A stretch of 64,000 bases of DNA from Basidiobolus meristosporus CBS 931.73 (GCA_002104905.1 MCFE01000008.1:1-64000), one strand, 5' to 3'; positions 1 through 11,594 are shown, counted from the first letter of the stretch. The notes: generated by a model not told the origin, from the sequence alone. Translations and numbers: made by a program.

Positions 1-127
1 CACTGTATGCAGATGAAACGTTTTGTTTGGGATAACCACAACTTACCCTTGTTTTGTGATATAAAAAGCGAAGATCATACACCCAAAAGCTACACTCACT
101 GTACTGCCACTGCCATCAGCTACAATA

Positions 128-721
128 ATGAAGAATCTTGTCTACTTGGTACTAGGAGTTGTTGGTTTGCAACTAGTTGCCGGAGCACCTGAACCAATTT
201 TCTTTGGCCATGGAGGAGGAGCTGGTGGTGGTGGAGGTGACGGAGGTGGTGATGGCGGTAGCGGCGGCGGCGGCGGTGGTGGCGGCGGTGCCGGCGGCGG
301 TGGCGGTAACAATGGGCAAACAATTGTTGTAGTCGGAGGCAAAGGTGGTGGTGGTGGTGGAAGCTGGGGCGGCGGTGGTGGAAGCTGGGGAGGTGGTGGT
401 GGAAGCTGGGGAGGTGGTGGTGCTGGAAGCTGGGGCGGCGGTGGTGGTGGTGGTGCTGGAAGCTGGGGCGGCGGTGGTGGTGGTGGTGGTGCTGGAAGCT
501 GGGGCGGTGGTGGCGCTGGAAGTTGGGGCGGCGGTGGTGGTGGTCGTGGTCGTGGACGCTGGGGTGATGGTGGACGCTGGATTGGAGGCAGCTATAGCGG
601 TGGTGGCTCCAGTAAGAGGTGGAGTGGACGATTCAAAGCGCCTGCCCCTTGGTCTCCTTCTCCGGAGGCTAATCTCTACGAGTATGGGTCGTACAGCGGA
701 GTCCCTGGTTCGCTTAGTTAA
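128..721 (+). CDS. Secreted glycine-rich repeat protein
   Basis: 197-aa ORF with hydrophobic signal peptide (MKNLVYLVLGVVGLQLVAG), then APEP, poly-Gly and about 7 tandem (A)GSWGGGG(G) repeats; GGN codon structure is consistent with this frame. Confidence 0.75.
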   Translation: MKNLVYLVLGVVGLQLVAGAPEPIFFGHGGGAGGGGGDGGGDGGSGGGGGGGGGAGGGGGNNGQTIVVVGGKGGGGGGSWGGGGGSWGGGGGSWGGGGAGSWGGGGGGGAGSWGGGGGGGGAGSWGGGGAGSWGGGGGGRGRGRWGDGGRWIGGSYSGGGSSKRWSGRFKAPAPWSPSPEANLYEYGSYSGVPGSLS

Positions 722-2373
722 AATGGATCATACTGTTGAAGCCTTTTGCAATAAAATTGGAAATTTTTCCAAATTACATAATAGTCAGGTTTTGTTCAAT
801 CGTTAGGAAACCCAGAGCAATAGTATAGCAAGCCACTCATCACAAAGATGAACTAGATATTGACAACAAAATTCCGAAAGACACATATTTAGGAAACAGC
901 TCTTTCGCTATTACTCCAAAAATAGGAATTCACCGGTGAAGTCAGGATGCCGAACAGTTTCTTATTTCATTTTGACTCGTAGTAGTACCAGATGATCAGA
1001 AGATGCTGCACCACCACGCCTACTGAATTTGACCAAGTTTAGACATTCGAGATCACCAACATAAGGAGCCCGCCCTATTCGAAGCCAATTGAATTTTATT
1101 GTGTTATTAACCTTCGAGTAGTTCCCTTGTCTAACTAAACTGGAATGGGGTAAGTTGAATTGGCGAATTGTCTGATGGAGTTGGAGTTCACACCACCTGG
1201 ATTGAAGCATTATTCATTCTTCGAACTTTGTAATGATACGTAGGTCAGGGGCCTAGACCTGGTAATCGCATGAGGAGTATTGGCTAGTTGGCTACCCAAT
1301 TCTTTTACCAACTTGGAAACACCCTCCATTATACTGGTGCAATATGCCATCACCAACATGTTTAATCCCTAGTCCCCAGTAGAATGCTATATTCCAACCA
1401 CAGTACTTGCACAGCTAAACATGCTGCACATGAATAATGTGGTGCTCCATGCTGGTGCTACATACTAATAACGCCCGTTGACATCGCTCCAGACCATGTG
1501 GGCAAGCTCAGCTGATGATCATGTTATAAGGGCAACGGATACCACTGGAAATAAACCTCCGATAAGATGAATATTCCCAAAAGATCACGTTCTACCATAT
1601 AAATATATCCAACCTGTAACTTAACACCGCTTTATTCTTTATGGAATTAACAAGCACTAAGCAAATGTCATGGTTTCCCAAGAGAGGATGAATTATGTCA
1701 TAATTACCGTTAATCTTTGGAGGCCAAATCTATATTTACTTTCAAGGTTCTTGCCGATTAGATTTTCGGCTTGACATACGTTGATGCGGAAATTGCCGAA
1801 ATGCCAACCTAATTTGTTCAACTAAATGTACTAGTCGGGTATGCTCTGATGACTTGGTTTTAGCTGAATGATTAGGTGAAAATCGGGAGAAATTGAAGGG
1901 AAATTCCCAAATATCCTTTGAGGAGGGCGTTGTGTGTAACGTTAGATCGAAAAAGCAGTACTCTGCCTCCCCAAGCAGCAGCTATATCGAGCACCATGGG
2001 CCCAACCGACTTCATAGTGCGGCGTAAGTATATCATTTAGGAGAATTTACCAAGCCAATCAGAGTACTTCTGGCCTTGACTCGAATGAGCATGTAGCTGA
2101 CACTTCCCTAATGATGGTCAGCATTCTTTATACTTACAAATTTGCCAGGGAACACTCCTTTTATAGGAATTTCTTACATTCGCAGCACTCCACATTTGGA
2201 AACTAGCGGTGCATGTATACTTAGAATTGGATATTGTCTAAATACGATAAACGAATAAAGGTGGCTTGATCTATGGATTTTTTATTTACAAGATGCGAAT
2301 TTACAGTACGTCGTGGCCTCATTTGACTATATGCGTGGTCTCAACAGCTCATTTGACTATACGGAGACTCCAT

Positions 2374-2862
2374 TCAATTAAGCAGAAACTTGATTCCCAT
2401 TCGTTCGGTTGATAATACCCCGTCAAAAGGGCGACTGATTCGCACGGCCTCTTCCGTTGTACGTTGCTTGCACTTTGAATGTTTGCACGTTGAATATGGG
2501 TTCGAGGCAGAACTGTCAGGTAGAGTCTTTACTGAGTATGACGAGGCAGATGAATCAGAATCGCTTTCGTGGTCTGGCGACCTTCTTTTGCGTGATACAG
2601 CAGACGGATGATCTAACGCTAAATGGCGGGAGATTTGGTCACTACGCGTGAAGCCTTTGTTACACCCAGGCACAGGGCAGATATGTGGATATTCACCAGA
2701 GTGGATACGGAAATGGCGTTTGTAATTGTCTCGTCGTCCAAAGGTTTTTTTACACACGGGGCATTGGAAGTGGTTCAATTTTTGGTTCCTGCTAGACTTC
2801 ACCTCGCGTGAAAAATAGCTGGGGTCCATTGAACTGGATGTGTACACAAATCGAAAATTCAT
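2374..2862 (-). CDS. Two-finger C2H2 zinc-finger transcription factor, paralog ZF1
   Basis: CPVC..FGRRDNYKRHFRIH-SGEYPH-CPVPGC..FTRSDQISRHLALDH; Ser-rich middle; C-terminus RMGIKFLLN; intronless. Confidence 0.9.
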   Translation of the reverse strand: MNFRFVYTSSSMDPSYFSREVKSSRNQKLNHFQCPVCKKTFGRRDNYKRHFRIHSGEYPHICPVPGCNKGFTRSDQISRHLALDHPSAVSRKRRSPDHESDSDSSASSYSVKTLPDSSASNPYSTCKHSKCKQRTTEEAVRISRPFDGVLSTERMGIKFLLN

Positions 2863-3279
2863 TCTAAAGAGGAGGAATGTGGCAGTTGTCGGTCGACCAT
2901 AGCTCTTATATTCGCACCAACTGATCTAAATTTGTCTGTGCATGGAACATTCCTTCCAAGCAGATTACTCCACCAAATCCTTGGATTCAGTCACTTTGGT
3001 CGTTGACAATATAAATTGTATCAGCCAATTATTAGAAATCGTACCCAATCTAGAATACTGGCCAGACTCGAAATACGGAAGTTTATTAGGATTAATTAAG
3101 GGCGTCAACACAATTATAGTTGAACTCGATACGCATTTGATACAGCGGGATTTCGGAAGGTCTCCGTTCGGCCAAGTCCGAAATCCTCGGTCTGTGAACG
3201 ATCAACGCCAAATGCGGATGTTTGTTAGAGACGCTTTGTTCAGTGGTTATTTTGGATCTAGACAGTCTGGCCAATCTGT

Positions 3280-3579
3280 TCAATTTAATAGGAAGTTAAC
3301 ATTCATAATGTGACTTTCCTTGTCTGGTTCTTTAGTATCGCTCGTTGCACAGCTGCACTCATCACGCTCCTTAGCATCGACGATGCTGGTGGAATGGTAC
3401 ATCACTTCATGGCGCGAGAGCTGATCGCTGCGAGTGAACGATCTATTGCAGTCCATATGGGGGCAGGTGTACAAGTTCTCACCGGTGTGCCGTCGCATGT
3501 GACGTTTGAAGTTGTCTCTTCTTCCAAAAGATTTCCCACACACTAGACATTGGGTCCTTTTGTTCTGCACGGTCATCAT
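3280..3579 (-). CDS. Two-finger C2H2 zinc-finger transcription factor, paralog ZF2
   Basis: CLVC..FGRRDNFKRHMRRH-TGEN-CPHMDC..FTRSDQLSRHEVMYH; ends IMNVNFLLN. The open frame extends to 3627, but a TATAAAT inside that extension (~3605-3611, minus strand) favours the ATG at 3579. Confidence 0.85.
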   Translation of the reverse strand: MMTVQNKRTQCLVCGKSFGRRDNFKRHMRRHTGENLYTCPHMDCNRSFTRSDQLSRHEVMYHSTSIVDAKERDECSCATSDTKEPDKESHIMNVNFLLN

Positions 3580-3799
3580 GAATGCGGACAAGTGAACAGC
3601 CTCATTTATATGGTCCAATTCCCCCATTGTCTAGTATCGGACACTTAGTTTCATAGCGACAGAGGCCTGATCCATTGTGACTGTGCCAAATGTCTATTGT
3701 ATTGTTTACAGCGATTGGAGTCTAGATCTCACATCACATCTTCACTATTGATATAGATGCACAGAAAATCATTCAATACCATCGAGAATTGTACATGAG

Positions 3800-4290
3800 A
3801 GTCTATTGTGTTGTTGCAGCCACATGAACCTATATTAGAGGTTAGGTTCCATTCTTTGTGGCAAGTGTGTGGGGAACTATTTGTATGTCGAATGACCGCA
3901 CTACAAACCCATAGTGGTCGGCGTCTACTGGAAAGGCTTTTTGATCTTCTCAATGTTGATGTATAAATTTTTAGATGCAAGGGCAGTATCGTAACATAAT
4001 GTCCCTGAATTTTGCTCATGTTATTGGGTAGAAATGCTGATTTGGTATTCATTAAAAGAATGCGTGATTTCACTTGCTGGTTTATAGGGTAAGAATGAAG
4101 TATCTGTACTTTCGTAGATCTTACCAAGGCATTCTTTATTTTCCAGGTCGCAGTTCCATGCAGCTCCCTCTCCAAGTGTTGTTATGGGTAATAACGGCAA
4201 AGTGTCAGGATATTCCACAGCCCTAGCGTCACATTGTATGATTTTCAAGTTGGCCGTAATGCTAAAATACATATGAACCACAAATGTTGT
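3800..4290 (-). pseudogene. Possible heavily decayed Ty3/gypsy RT-RNase H relic
   Basis: Across frameshifts and stops, fragments read FAVIT/PITTLGEGAAWNCDLENKECLGKIYE (like the RT C-terminal FAKIAAPLTDLLKK..WT.EC..AF.KLKE) and KPF/VDADHYGF/AVI (like RNase H KPF..TDAS.YG.GAVL). By-eye similarity only. Confidence 0.3.
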
Positions 4291-4349
4291 TGCAATAGCA
4301 TCTCACAATCTGCGAAATAGGTTGGACCCCGAGACCAGTTCTAAACCTT

Positions 4350-4485
4350 TGTTGTAAATAATTGTTTTGCCAATACCATGTGTACGTATAAATATCATTT
4401 CTATATTCAGTAAATCATTAAGTGAAAACCATACAATGTACTTGCTTTCTCACCCACTTCTAATATTTCCTAGACTTTTGCAATA
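4350..4485 (+). mobile_element. Degenerate LTR fragment of the copia family at 6369-11054, opposite orientation
   Basis: gtataaatatcatttctatattcagtaaatcattaagtgaaaacc...tttcctagacttttgcaata aligns with the 3' third of the element-sense LTR (gtataaatactacttttacattcaatcaatcattaagtgaaaacc...ctccaagactcttacaaca). Confidence 0.75.
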
Positions 4486-4976
4486 TATTCTGCTTGTTAC
4501 TCACATGTTTGCATGTAGGGCTCAAACCAAGTATTTATACACAAATGAGATTATACAAAACAAAAGATGCAAACATGTAGAGAAAAGTCCTGAGAAGCAA
4601 TGCTCCAAGCTTAGGGCTCTTTGTATGAGCTTGAATTTTCTGATAAATTACTGTACTTCATTGACATAATGAATTGGTCAATACCATAAAAACCAAAATA
4701 CAATTAGCAGCTTATGACTCAGCAATAAGCTGACAAAAATATTTGATTAATATCTTATATAATGCTAAACTAAGTATTTACAACTTTACATATATACCTA
4801 GCATTCAAACTCATGTAGTAACACTTGGAGTATATAAATATTGTTGGTTTTGTAACTACACTAGAATACTCCATTTACTTAGTCATTTGGGCAGTAGCCT
4901 CTGAGTCTTGAAATAATTATCTGTAGTTTTGGTTGCTGTTAATGTGGAGAAGGTTCTCAAATTTTCATGATGTAGG

Positions 4977-5321
4977 TGTTATATATTTTTGTAACTACAC
5001 CCAAGTATTCACCTAACTTAGTCTCTTTGATTGTTGCCTACAGGTATTAGAGAACTCAGCATATACTTTCTGTCAGGACTTAGAATATACTCTCCAGTGT
5101 AGCAGGTACCTAAAACATGAAGTTTCTCAAAGTTGTTCAAACAGCCCAATCTTTGTATATATGCTCTTGGGACCTTGCTGAGCATATGCCAAGTGAGTCT
5201 GCTTTGCCAAGGATGTACAGGAACTTAAAAACTACTGTTATATTCAATATATCATCAAGTGAAAGCACATGATCTATTTGTTCTTCAAATCACTTCCAAT
5301 ATCTCTAAAACTCTTACAACA
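4977..5321 (+). mobile_element. Diverged full-length solo LTR, same copia family, opposite orientation
   Basis: About 345 bp collinear with the element-sense LTR from TGTT.. through gtattcacctaacttagtc, catgaagtttctcaaagttgttcaaacagccc, gctcttgggacc to cacttccaatatctctaaaactcttacaaca. No TSD recognisable. A further short fragment lies at ~4841-4905. Confidence 0.8.
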
Positions 5322-5825
5322 ACATGAGCCTGATATTTTGCCTAGTCAGTCAAATGACCAAAGGCTTTGTACACATGTACTTACAACCTTTCTAAGTATG
5401 CTATACATGTTAAACCTATCAAGACTATGTAAATATAATAGTACCACCATTGCATTCAGTCAGTAGTTCCTCATGAAAAAGAAATAATTTCAGGCCAGCA
5501 GAATTCCAACATAACATTAGCTGGATCTCAAGTTTACCAAAGCCTACAACTCTCAGTATCTCAGGTACTAGCCATCTGGTAGATAAGTCAATGTATTTCT
5601 TAAAAGGTGACTGGGCTAACCAGCATTGATACCAGACTTGGTAATCACCCACTCACCACTTACCTCAAAGATTACAGCCCAAATTTTGAAGAAGAAACAC
5701 AAGCTGAACGCTAGCAAAATACCACTAGGATACCAGCACAATACTGGCAAATCATCAGAATGAATTCCAATTTAATATTTCTCACAGGGATTAAGTTAAG
5801 CCCCCTGATGCACCAATTCTTGCAG

Positions 5826-6325
5826 TAGTTACAAGAGTTTTGGAGATGTTGGAGGTAATTGGGAGAGCTAATACATTATGTAGCTTACACTTAATGAATC
5901 AAAGATTTCAAAAGTAGTGCTTCAGCTCCAGCAGTCTTGTCAAAACAAAAACATAGACCAACACTTTGCTTACACACTCTTGCACTCTTTCTAAATATAT
6001 TCTAAGTATATTTTAAGCACTGCAGCTACACCCATATATTGACCTGACTTAGCCACCTAGTTAATCATTGCAAACTTCTGAGAATTCTGGCCAAATATCT
6101 TGTTGGGATTTGCTCAAAATGTTTTCTCCAACTCATCAGATACTCAGAGCATGAAATACCAATAAATTGTCCAATCAGCCCAAAGCTTTTGCCACATGCT
6201 CTCAGGACCTTCCTGATCATATACTACATGTTTTTCTTGCCAATAGCATATAATAGTATAAATACTGCTGTTATGTTCAATAAATATAATACTTTTACAT
6301 TCTATGAGCCATAAAGTGAAATCTA
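5826..6325. mobile_element. Two further degenerate LTR relics (~5826-5955 same orientation as the intact element; ~6020-6325 opposite)
   Basis: acaagagttttggagatgttggaggtaattggg...cacttaatga matches the LTR start as read on +; cttgttgggattt, gagcatgaaa, ggacct, gtataaatact, tacttttacattc and aagtgaaa match the element-sense LTR. Boundaries approximate. Confidence 0.6.
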
Positions 6326-6368
6326 CACCATATGCTTGCTTTCCAGATCCCTTGATGTATCTCCAGGA

Positions 6369-6718
6369 TGTTGTAAGAGTCTTGGAGATATTGGAAGTGA
6401 TTTGGAGAACAAGTAGATTATGTGGTTTTCACTTAATGATTGATTGAATGTAAAAGTAGTATTTATACTTTTACCTGGTCTTGGCATTACAAACACATAG
6501 GATAGGTTAAGAAAGGTCCCAAGAACATGTGTGCAAGGTCTGGGGCTGTTTGGACAACTTTGAGAATTTTCATGTTCTGGGTACCTGGTATTTTGGTGAA
6601 AATATTCTAAGTAAATCCCAACAAGGAATTTTGGTCAGTATTCTCTAGGATTTGAAGGTGATGATCTAAGTGACTAAGTTAGGTGAATATTTAGGTGGAA
6701 TTCCGAATTTTTACAACA
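6369..6718 (-). repeat. 3' LTR of copia element (350 bp)
   Basis: Direct repeat of 10706-11054; 8-bp terminal inverted repeat; preceded on the minus strand by purine tract GAGTGGGAG (PPT, + coordinates 6719-6727). Confidence 0.97.
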
Positions 6719-6729
6719 CTCCCACTCAG

Positions 6730-9700
6730 CTAAATGTTCATACTGGCTAGTCCTAATTTTGACCTAAAATATTCAAACTTGTCTCTAGCTAATGGTTTGG
6801 TAAATATGTCTGCAATCATTTCATCTGTAGGACAGTAAACTAATCTAACTAAGTCATTCTCTATAGCTTCTTGTATGAAATGATGTCTAATATCTATGTG
6901 CTTGGTTCTAGGATGAAAAGTTGGATTTCTACCTAATTGTATACATCCTTGATTATCTTGAAATAAAGTAATAGGCGTTTTTTGACATAGGCCTAAATCT
7001 GTAAAGAGCTTTCTTAACCACATTGCTTCTTTTGTAGCTTCACAGGCTGCCATATACTCTGCCTCTGTGGTGGAAAGTGCTATGGTTGGTTGCTTTCTTG
7101 AATTCCATGAAATTGCTCCTTTACAGTAAAGAACGGTGTATCCTGTGGTGGATCTTCTGTCTTCCAAATTTTGTCCCCAGTCAGCATCAGAGTATCCCAC
7201 AAGATCCTGTTCTGAATCATTATAAGTGTATCTTAAGCAGATATCAGCAGTTCCTTTTAGGTATCTAAAAATCTGCTTAACTGCTGCAGTATGATCAGAT
7301 CCATAGTTCTGATTATGTTGGCTGACAACTCCCACTGAATATGAGATATCTGGACATGTTCCAAGCATGATATAAATCAGACTGCCAACCATAGATTGAT
7401 AAGGAAAGTCAGGGCTTTCAGATGGCACCAAGCTCTCTTGATTTGGTTGAGTTTTGACCAAGTCAAGGTTTGTCTCCATTGGGGTAGCTGCCGGTTTACA
7501 GTCTTCCATTTTGTACTTCTTTAGTATATCTTGAATATACTTGGATTGACTTAGGGTGATAGTCTGGGTACTTCTGTCTATGGAGAACTTAATCCCTAAG
7601 TAGTAACTAAGTTCTCCTAGATCAGACATCTTGAACTCCTTAGATAGGCTGGATTTAGTCTCTTCCAATGTTTCTAGGTTATTGGCGGCTATAATAAGAT
7701 CATCCACATATAGAGCTAATAGAACTGAATTTGCTCTATCTGGCTTATAGTATATACTATAGTCAGCATTACTCCTTTTGAAACTCAAAGATTCCAAATA
7801 AGAATCTATCTTGCAATTCCAGGCTCTTGGTGATTGTTTGAGACCATATAGTGACTTTTTAAGCTTGCAGACCAAAAGGGGGTTATTTTGGTCAACAAAC
7901 CCATCAGGCTGGTCCATATACACGTCCTCATCAAGTTCTCCATTCAAAAATGCAGTTTTTACATCCATTTGATGAATAAAAAACTTATATTTGGGTGCAA
8001 TAGCCAGTATTAATCTGATGGAATTAAACTTGGCTACCAGTGCAAAGGTCTCAGTATAGTCAAGTCCTTTTGTTTGAGAGTATCCTTTGGCTACAAGTCT
8101 TGCTTTGTATCTTTCAACTGTACCATCAGCCTTGTATTTTGTCTTGAAGACCCATCTGCATCCAATTGATTTTTGGTTGATTGGTAATTTGACTAAGTCC
8201 CAAGTTTGATTTTCCATCAGGGCCTGATATTCCTCAGTCATTGCAGATCTCCAAAACTTTGTCTGAGGGCTATTTAGGGCCTCTTTTACAGTCTGGGGTT
8301 CATCAATATGGACTGAATAGGCATAGGCTAAGTTTGTACCCTCATTGATATAGTAATTTGGGCTATTTCTTGTCCAATTGGATCTCCGGGCATTTGATAC
8401 TGGAATGATAACTTCTGGGATATTCCTGGGCACTGATTCTGGCTGAACCACGGTTGTAGAGTCCTCTGGAGTGAAAAAAATTTCATTGTTTTGCTCTGAT
8501 TCAATCCTGACAATTGGTGGACTTGAGATCAAATTTTCGTCATCATCTGATGTCATTTTTTGTGAAAATTTTGAATTTTCATCAAACAACACATCCCTGG
8601 ACTTGATAAGCTTCTTTGCTTTGGTATTGTAGAGTCTGTATGCCTTACTCTCATTGCAGTAGCCCAAAAATATGCATTTTACATTTTTTGGCTCAAATTT
8701 TGACTGATTTCCGGCCAGTTTTTTGGCATATGCTGTGCACCCAAATATTCTTAGATGTTCTGTACTTGGTGTGTATCCATACCATGCTTCAAATGGAGTA
8801 GAATCACGAAGTATTCTGTTATAACTCCTATTTTTAAGGTATACAGCAGTGGCAACTGATTCTGCCCAAAAATCATAGGATAATTTTTGATCATGGATCA
8901 TAGATCTTGCCATATCAATTATTGATCTGTTAGCTTGTTCTGCTACTCCATTTTGCTGTGGGGAGTATGGTACAGTAGTCTCTTGCTTTATCCCATGAAT
9001 TTTGCAGAAGTGGATGAAGAGTTTTGAGGTATATTCTCCACCATTGTCAGAGCGTATTTTCTTGATTTTTTCACCAGTTTCTCTCTCCACCATGGCTTTA
9101 AACTCCCTGAACTTAGACAGAGCTTCTTCCTTTCTCTCCATGAAGTAGACCCATGTGTATCTTGTATAATCATCAATAAAAGTGATTAAATACTTCATCC
9201 CGCCAAAGGATAAATTTTGCATAGGTCCACACAGATCTGAGTGAATTAGATCTAATTTTTTCTTAGTTTTGATTAACCCAGAGCTCTTGAACGGTTGTCT
9301 GGCTTGTTTCCCATATATGCAGGCTTCACAGTGCTCCAAATTAGCTGGGGGATCAATTTTCACTCCAGAAATTAGCTGATCTTTGATCATTTTACGCAAA
9401 AAATCAAAATTGATGTGTCCAAATCTCCTGTGCCAAAGCATTGGTGTTTCTTCATTTAAGTTACTTATATTGGCTTCCAGATATGATGGAATATAAGTCA
9501 ACTTGTATAGATTATGATCTCTGATACCCAAAGCAATATGGGCACCATTTTGATCAGTGATCCTGCATCCAGAATTGTCAAAACTGAAACTGAGTCCTTC
9601 TGCTGTGGCCTTGCTTACAGAGAGTAGGTTCTTGGCTATTTCTGGTACATAGAGTACTTCTTTAAAGGTCAGTGTATGGCTTCCTTCACTGCTTCTAAGG

Positions 9701-10701
9701 TTTACTTGGATAGTTCCTTCTCCCACTGCATCAAGTGTTCTATTGTCACCCATGAAAACCTTCTTAATTGGAATTTCTTAATATTGGGTAAAAAGTTCTT
9801 TTTGGTGTGTAAAGTGTTGAGAAGCTCCAGAGTCAATATACCACGTCTGAGAATTCTTGTTTGTGGTCATATTTAGTGTAGATATGACTAGTCTATCTTC
9901 AGTTGTTGCAGCATTTCCATATTCAGGCTTCTTTTGCTGATTATCTTTCTTTTTGAGACACCGGTCTGATGTGTGTCCTTTCCTTTTGCAGTAGTTACAA
10001 AACAGGTTGCTGTTGCCTTTGTAGGGTCTTGGGTACCTCCTTTGTTGGTTATCATTGCTTATTAAAGCATTTTCTTCTTCCTTCTTATTGGCGCTTGATT
10101 TTCTTAATTCTTCATCCAGGAGCCTTCCATATACATAATTTAAGGTCAAATCTTCAGTTCTGGACTCTAGGGCTGATACAAGGCCCTGAAACTTGTCTGT
10201 CAGGCTATTCAGGATAGTAACTATCACATCCTCATCAGTAGTTGGTATGCCCACAGATTCCATCTCATCTACCAGCAGGGTAATTCTGTTAATTAGATTT
10301 TTCATTTCTTCTCCTGGCAGCATCTTTGTAGTAAAGAATTTTTGTCTCAGATACATTTTCTTGGCAGCTGAACATGACTGGTAGGTGTCTTCCAATGCTT
10401 TCCAGGCATTCTTTGCCGTTTTTGCTCTTGAGCATTGAATTAGCAATTTGTCCTTAACATTAAGGCAAATGCAGTTAAAGGCACTTTGTTCTTTCTTCTG
10501 GTACTTTAAGGCTTCCTCTCCCACATTTTTAGGAGGGCATACTTCTCCCATGACAATATCCCAAAGGCCTCTTTCTTGTAGCAGCATCTTCATCTTCACC
10601 TTCCACGCTTGGTAGTTAGATCCATCCAACTTTTCAGCAGAGGGAAAAATTCCAGTAATAGCAGTAGTAGACATTGCAGGGAGTGACAGCTTGGGGCTCA
10701 T
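6730..10701 (-). pseudogene. Copia gag-pol polyprotein interrupted by one in-frame TAA (9778-9780)
   Basis: Gag (KLDGSNYQAW, CNYCKRKGHTSDRC knuckle), PR (WYIDSGASQH), IN (HRRFGH..CEAC, HSDLCGP, DDYTR, RSDNGGEY), RT (MDVKTAFLNG, LYVDD), RH (GYSDADW, KHIDIRHH). ORFs 9778..10833 and 6730..9753 share one frame: ELFTQY*EIPIKKVFMGDN. Probable start is the ATG at 10701 inside the PBS. Confidence 0.92.
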
Positions 10702-10705
10702 AGCC
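10690..10705 (-). other. Primer-binding site, half-tRNAiMet type
   Basis: GGCTATGAGCCCC directly after the 5' LTR resembles the Ty5 (GGTTATGAGCCCT) and Drosophila copia (GGTTATGGGCCCA) PBSs rather than the usual TGGTATCAGAGC. Confidence 0.8.
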
Positions 10706-11054
10706 TGTTGTAAGAGTCTTGGAGATATTGGAAGTGATTTGGAGAACAAGTAGATTATGTGGTTTTCACTTAATGATTGATTGAATGTAAAAGTAGTATT
10801 TATACTTTTACCTGGTCTTGGCATTACAAACACATAGGATAGGTTAAGAAAGGTCCCAAGAACATGTGTGCAAGGTCTGGGGCTGTTTGGACAACTTTGA
10901 GAATTTTCATGTTCTGGGTACCTGGTATTTTGGTGAAAATATTCTAAGTAAATCCCAACAAGGAATTTGGTCAGTATTCTCTAGGATTTGAAGGTGATGA
11001 TCTAAGTGACTAAGTTAGGTGAATATTTAGGTGGAATTCCGAATTTTTACAACA
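10706..11054 (-). repeat. 5' LTR of copia element (349 bp)
   Basis: Direct repeat of 6369-6718; contains GTATAAATA on the element-sense strand. Confidence 0.97.
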
Positions 11055-11084
11055 CAGGAGACATAAAATGATTTGCCAACTTTA

Positions 11085-11225
11085 AAATTCTTCATTCTAA
11101 AGATACCTGAGGTTTTGATAAAAATACTCCTATTCAATCCTGACAAGGAACTTGGGCAGAATTATCAAAGATTTGTCAGCAATGATTGAAGTTACCAAGT
11201 TAGGTGGCTATATGAGTGCAATTAC
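11085..11225 (-). mobile_element. Degenerate partial LTR, same family
   Basis: aatcctgacaaggaacttgggcag...ccaagttaggtgg aligns with LTR aatcccaacaaggaatttggtcag...ctaagttaggtga. Confidence 0.6.
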
Positions 11226-11247
11226 CAAGATTTAAACATCAATAACT

Positions 11248-11594
11248 TGTTGTAAGAGTCTTGCAGATATTGGAAATGATTTGGGAGGATAAGTAGATTA
11301 TGTGGCTTTCACTTAATGACATATTGAATGCAAAAGTTGTATTTATACTTTCACATAATCTTGGCAAAACAAATGCATAGAATATGTTTAGGAATGTCCC
11401 AAGAGCATGTGTGCAAAGTTTGGGGCTGTCTGAACAACTTTGAGAATTTTCATGTTCTAGGTACCTGCTGTTTTGGTGAAAATATTCTAAGTTAATCCCA
11501 ACAAGGAATTTGGTCAGTATACTCTAAGACTTGTAAGTAATAATCTAAGCAACTAAGTTAGGTGAGTATTTAGGTGGAATTATAAATTTTACAA
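11248..11594 (-). mobile_element. Solo LTR, same family, moderately diverged
   Basis: Starts TGTTGTAAGAGTCTTG and is collinear over ~347 bp with 10706-11054 (roughly 85% identity by eye); 3' end altered (ttttacaag); no clean TSD. Confidence 0.9.

Larger units (their letters stand above)
6369..11054 (-). mobile_element. Full-length Ty1/copia LTR retrotransposon (Hemivirus/Ty5-like priming)
   Basis: LTRs 6369-6718 and 10706-11054 with TGTTGTAA...TTACAACA ends, identical except one T indel; TSD CAGGA at 6364-6368 and 11055-11059; PBS and PPT present; domain order gag-PR-IN-RT-RH. Confidence 0.97.

Noticed and set aside
120-806. Alternative-frame ORFs (poly-Pro, His/Arg-rich, Val-rich) over the Gly-rich gene
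   Set aside because: By-products of GGN repeats; only 128..721 has a signal peptide and coherent structure.
950-1960. Possible decayed gene on the minus strand (fragments such as YCGWNIAFYWGLG)
   Set aside because: Multiple stops in all frames and no family recognised.
2318-2361. 14-bp direct repeat CTCATTTGACTATA just 3' of ZF1
   Set aside because: Two copies only and not found at other paralogs; likely slippage duplication.
9778-10833. ORF start at 10833
   Set aside because: It lies inside the 5' LTR; the ATG at 10701 after the LTR is more plausible.
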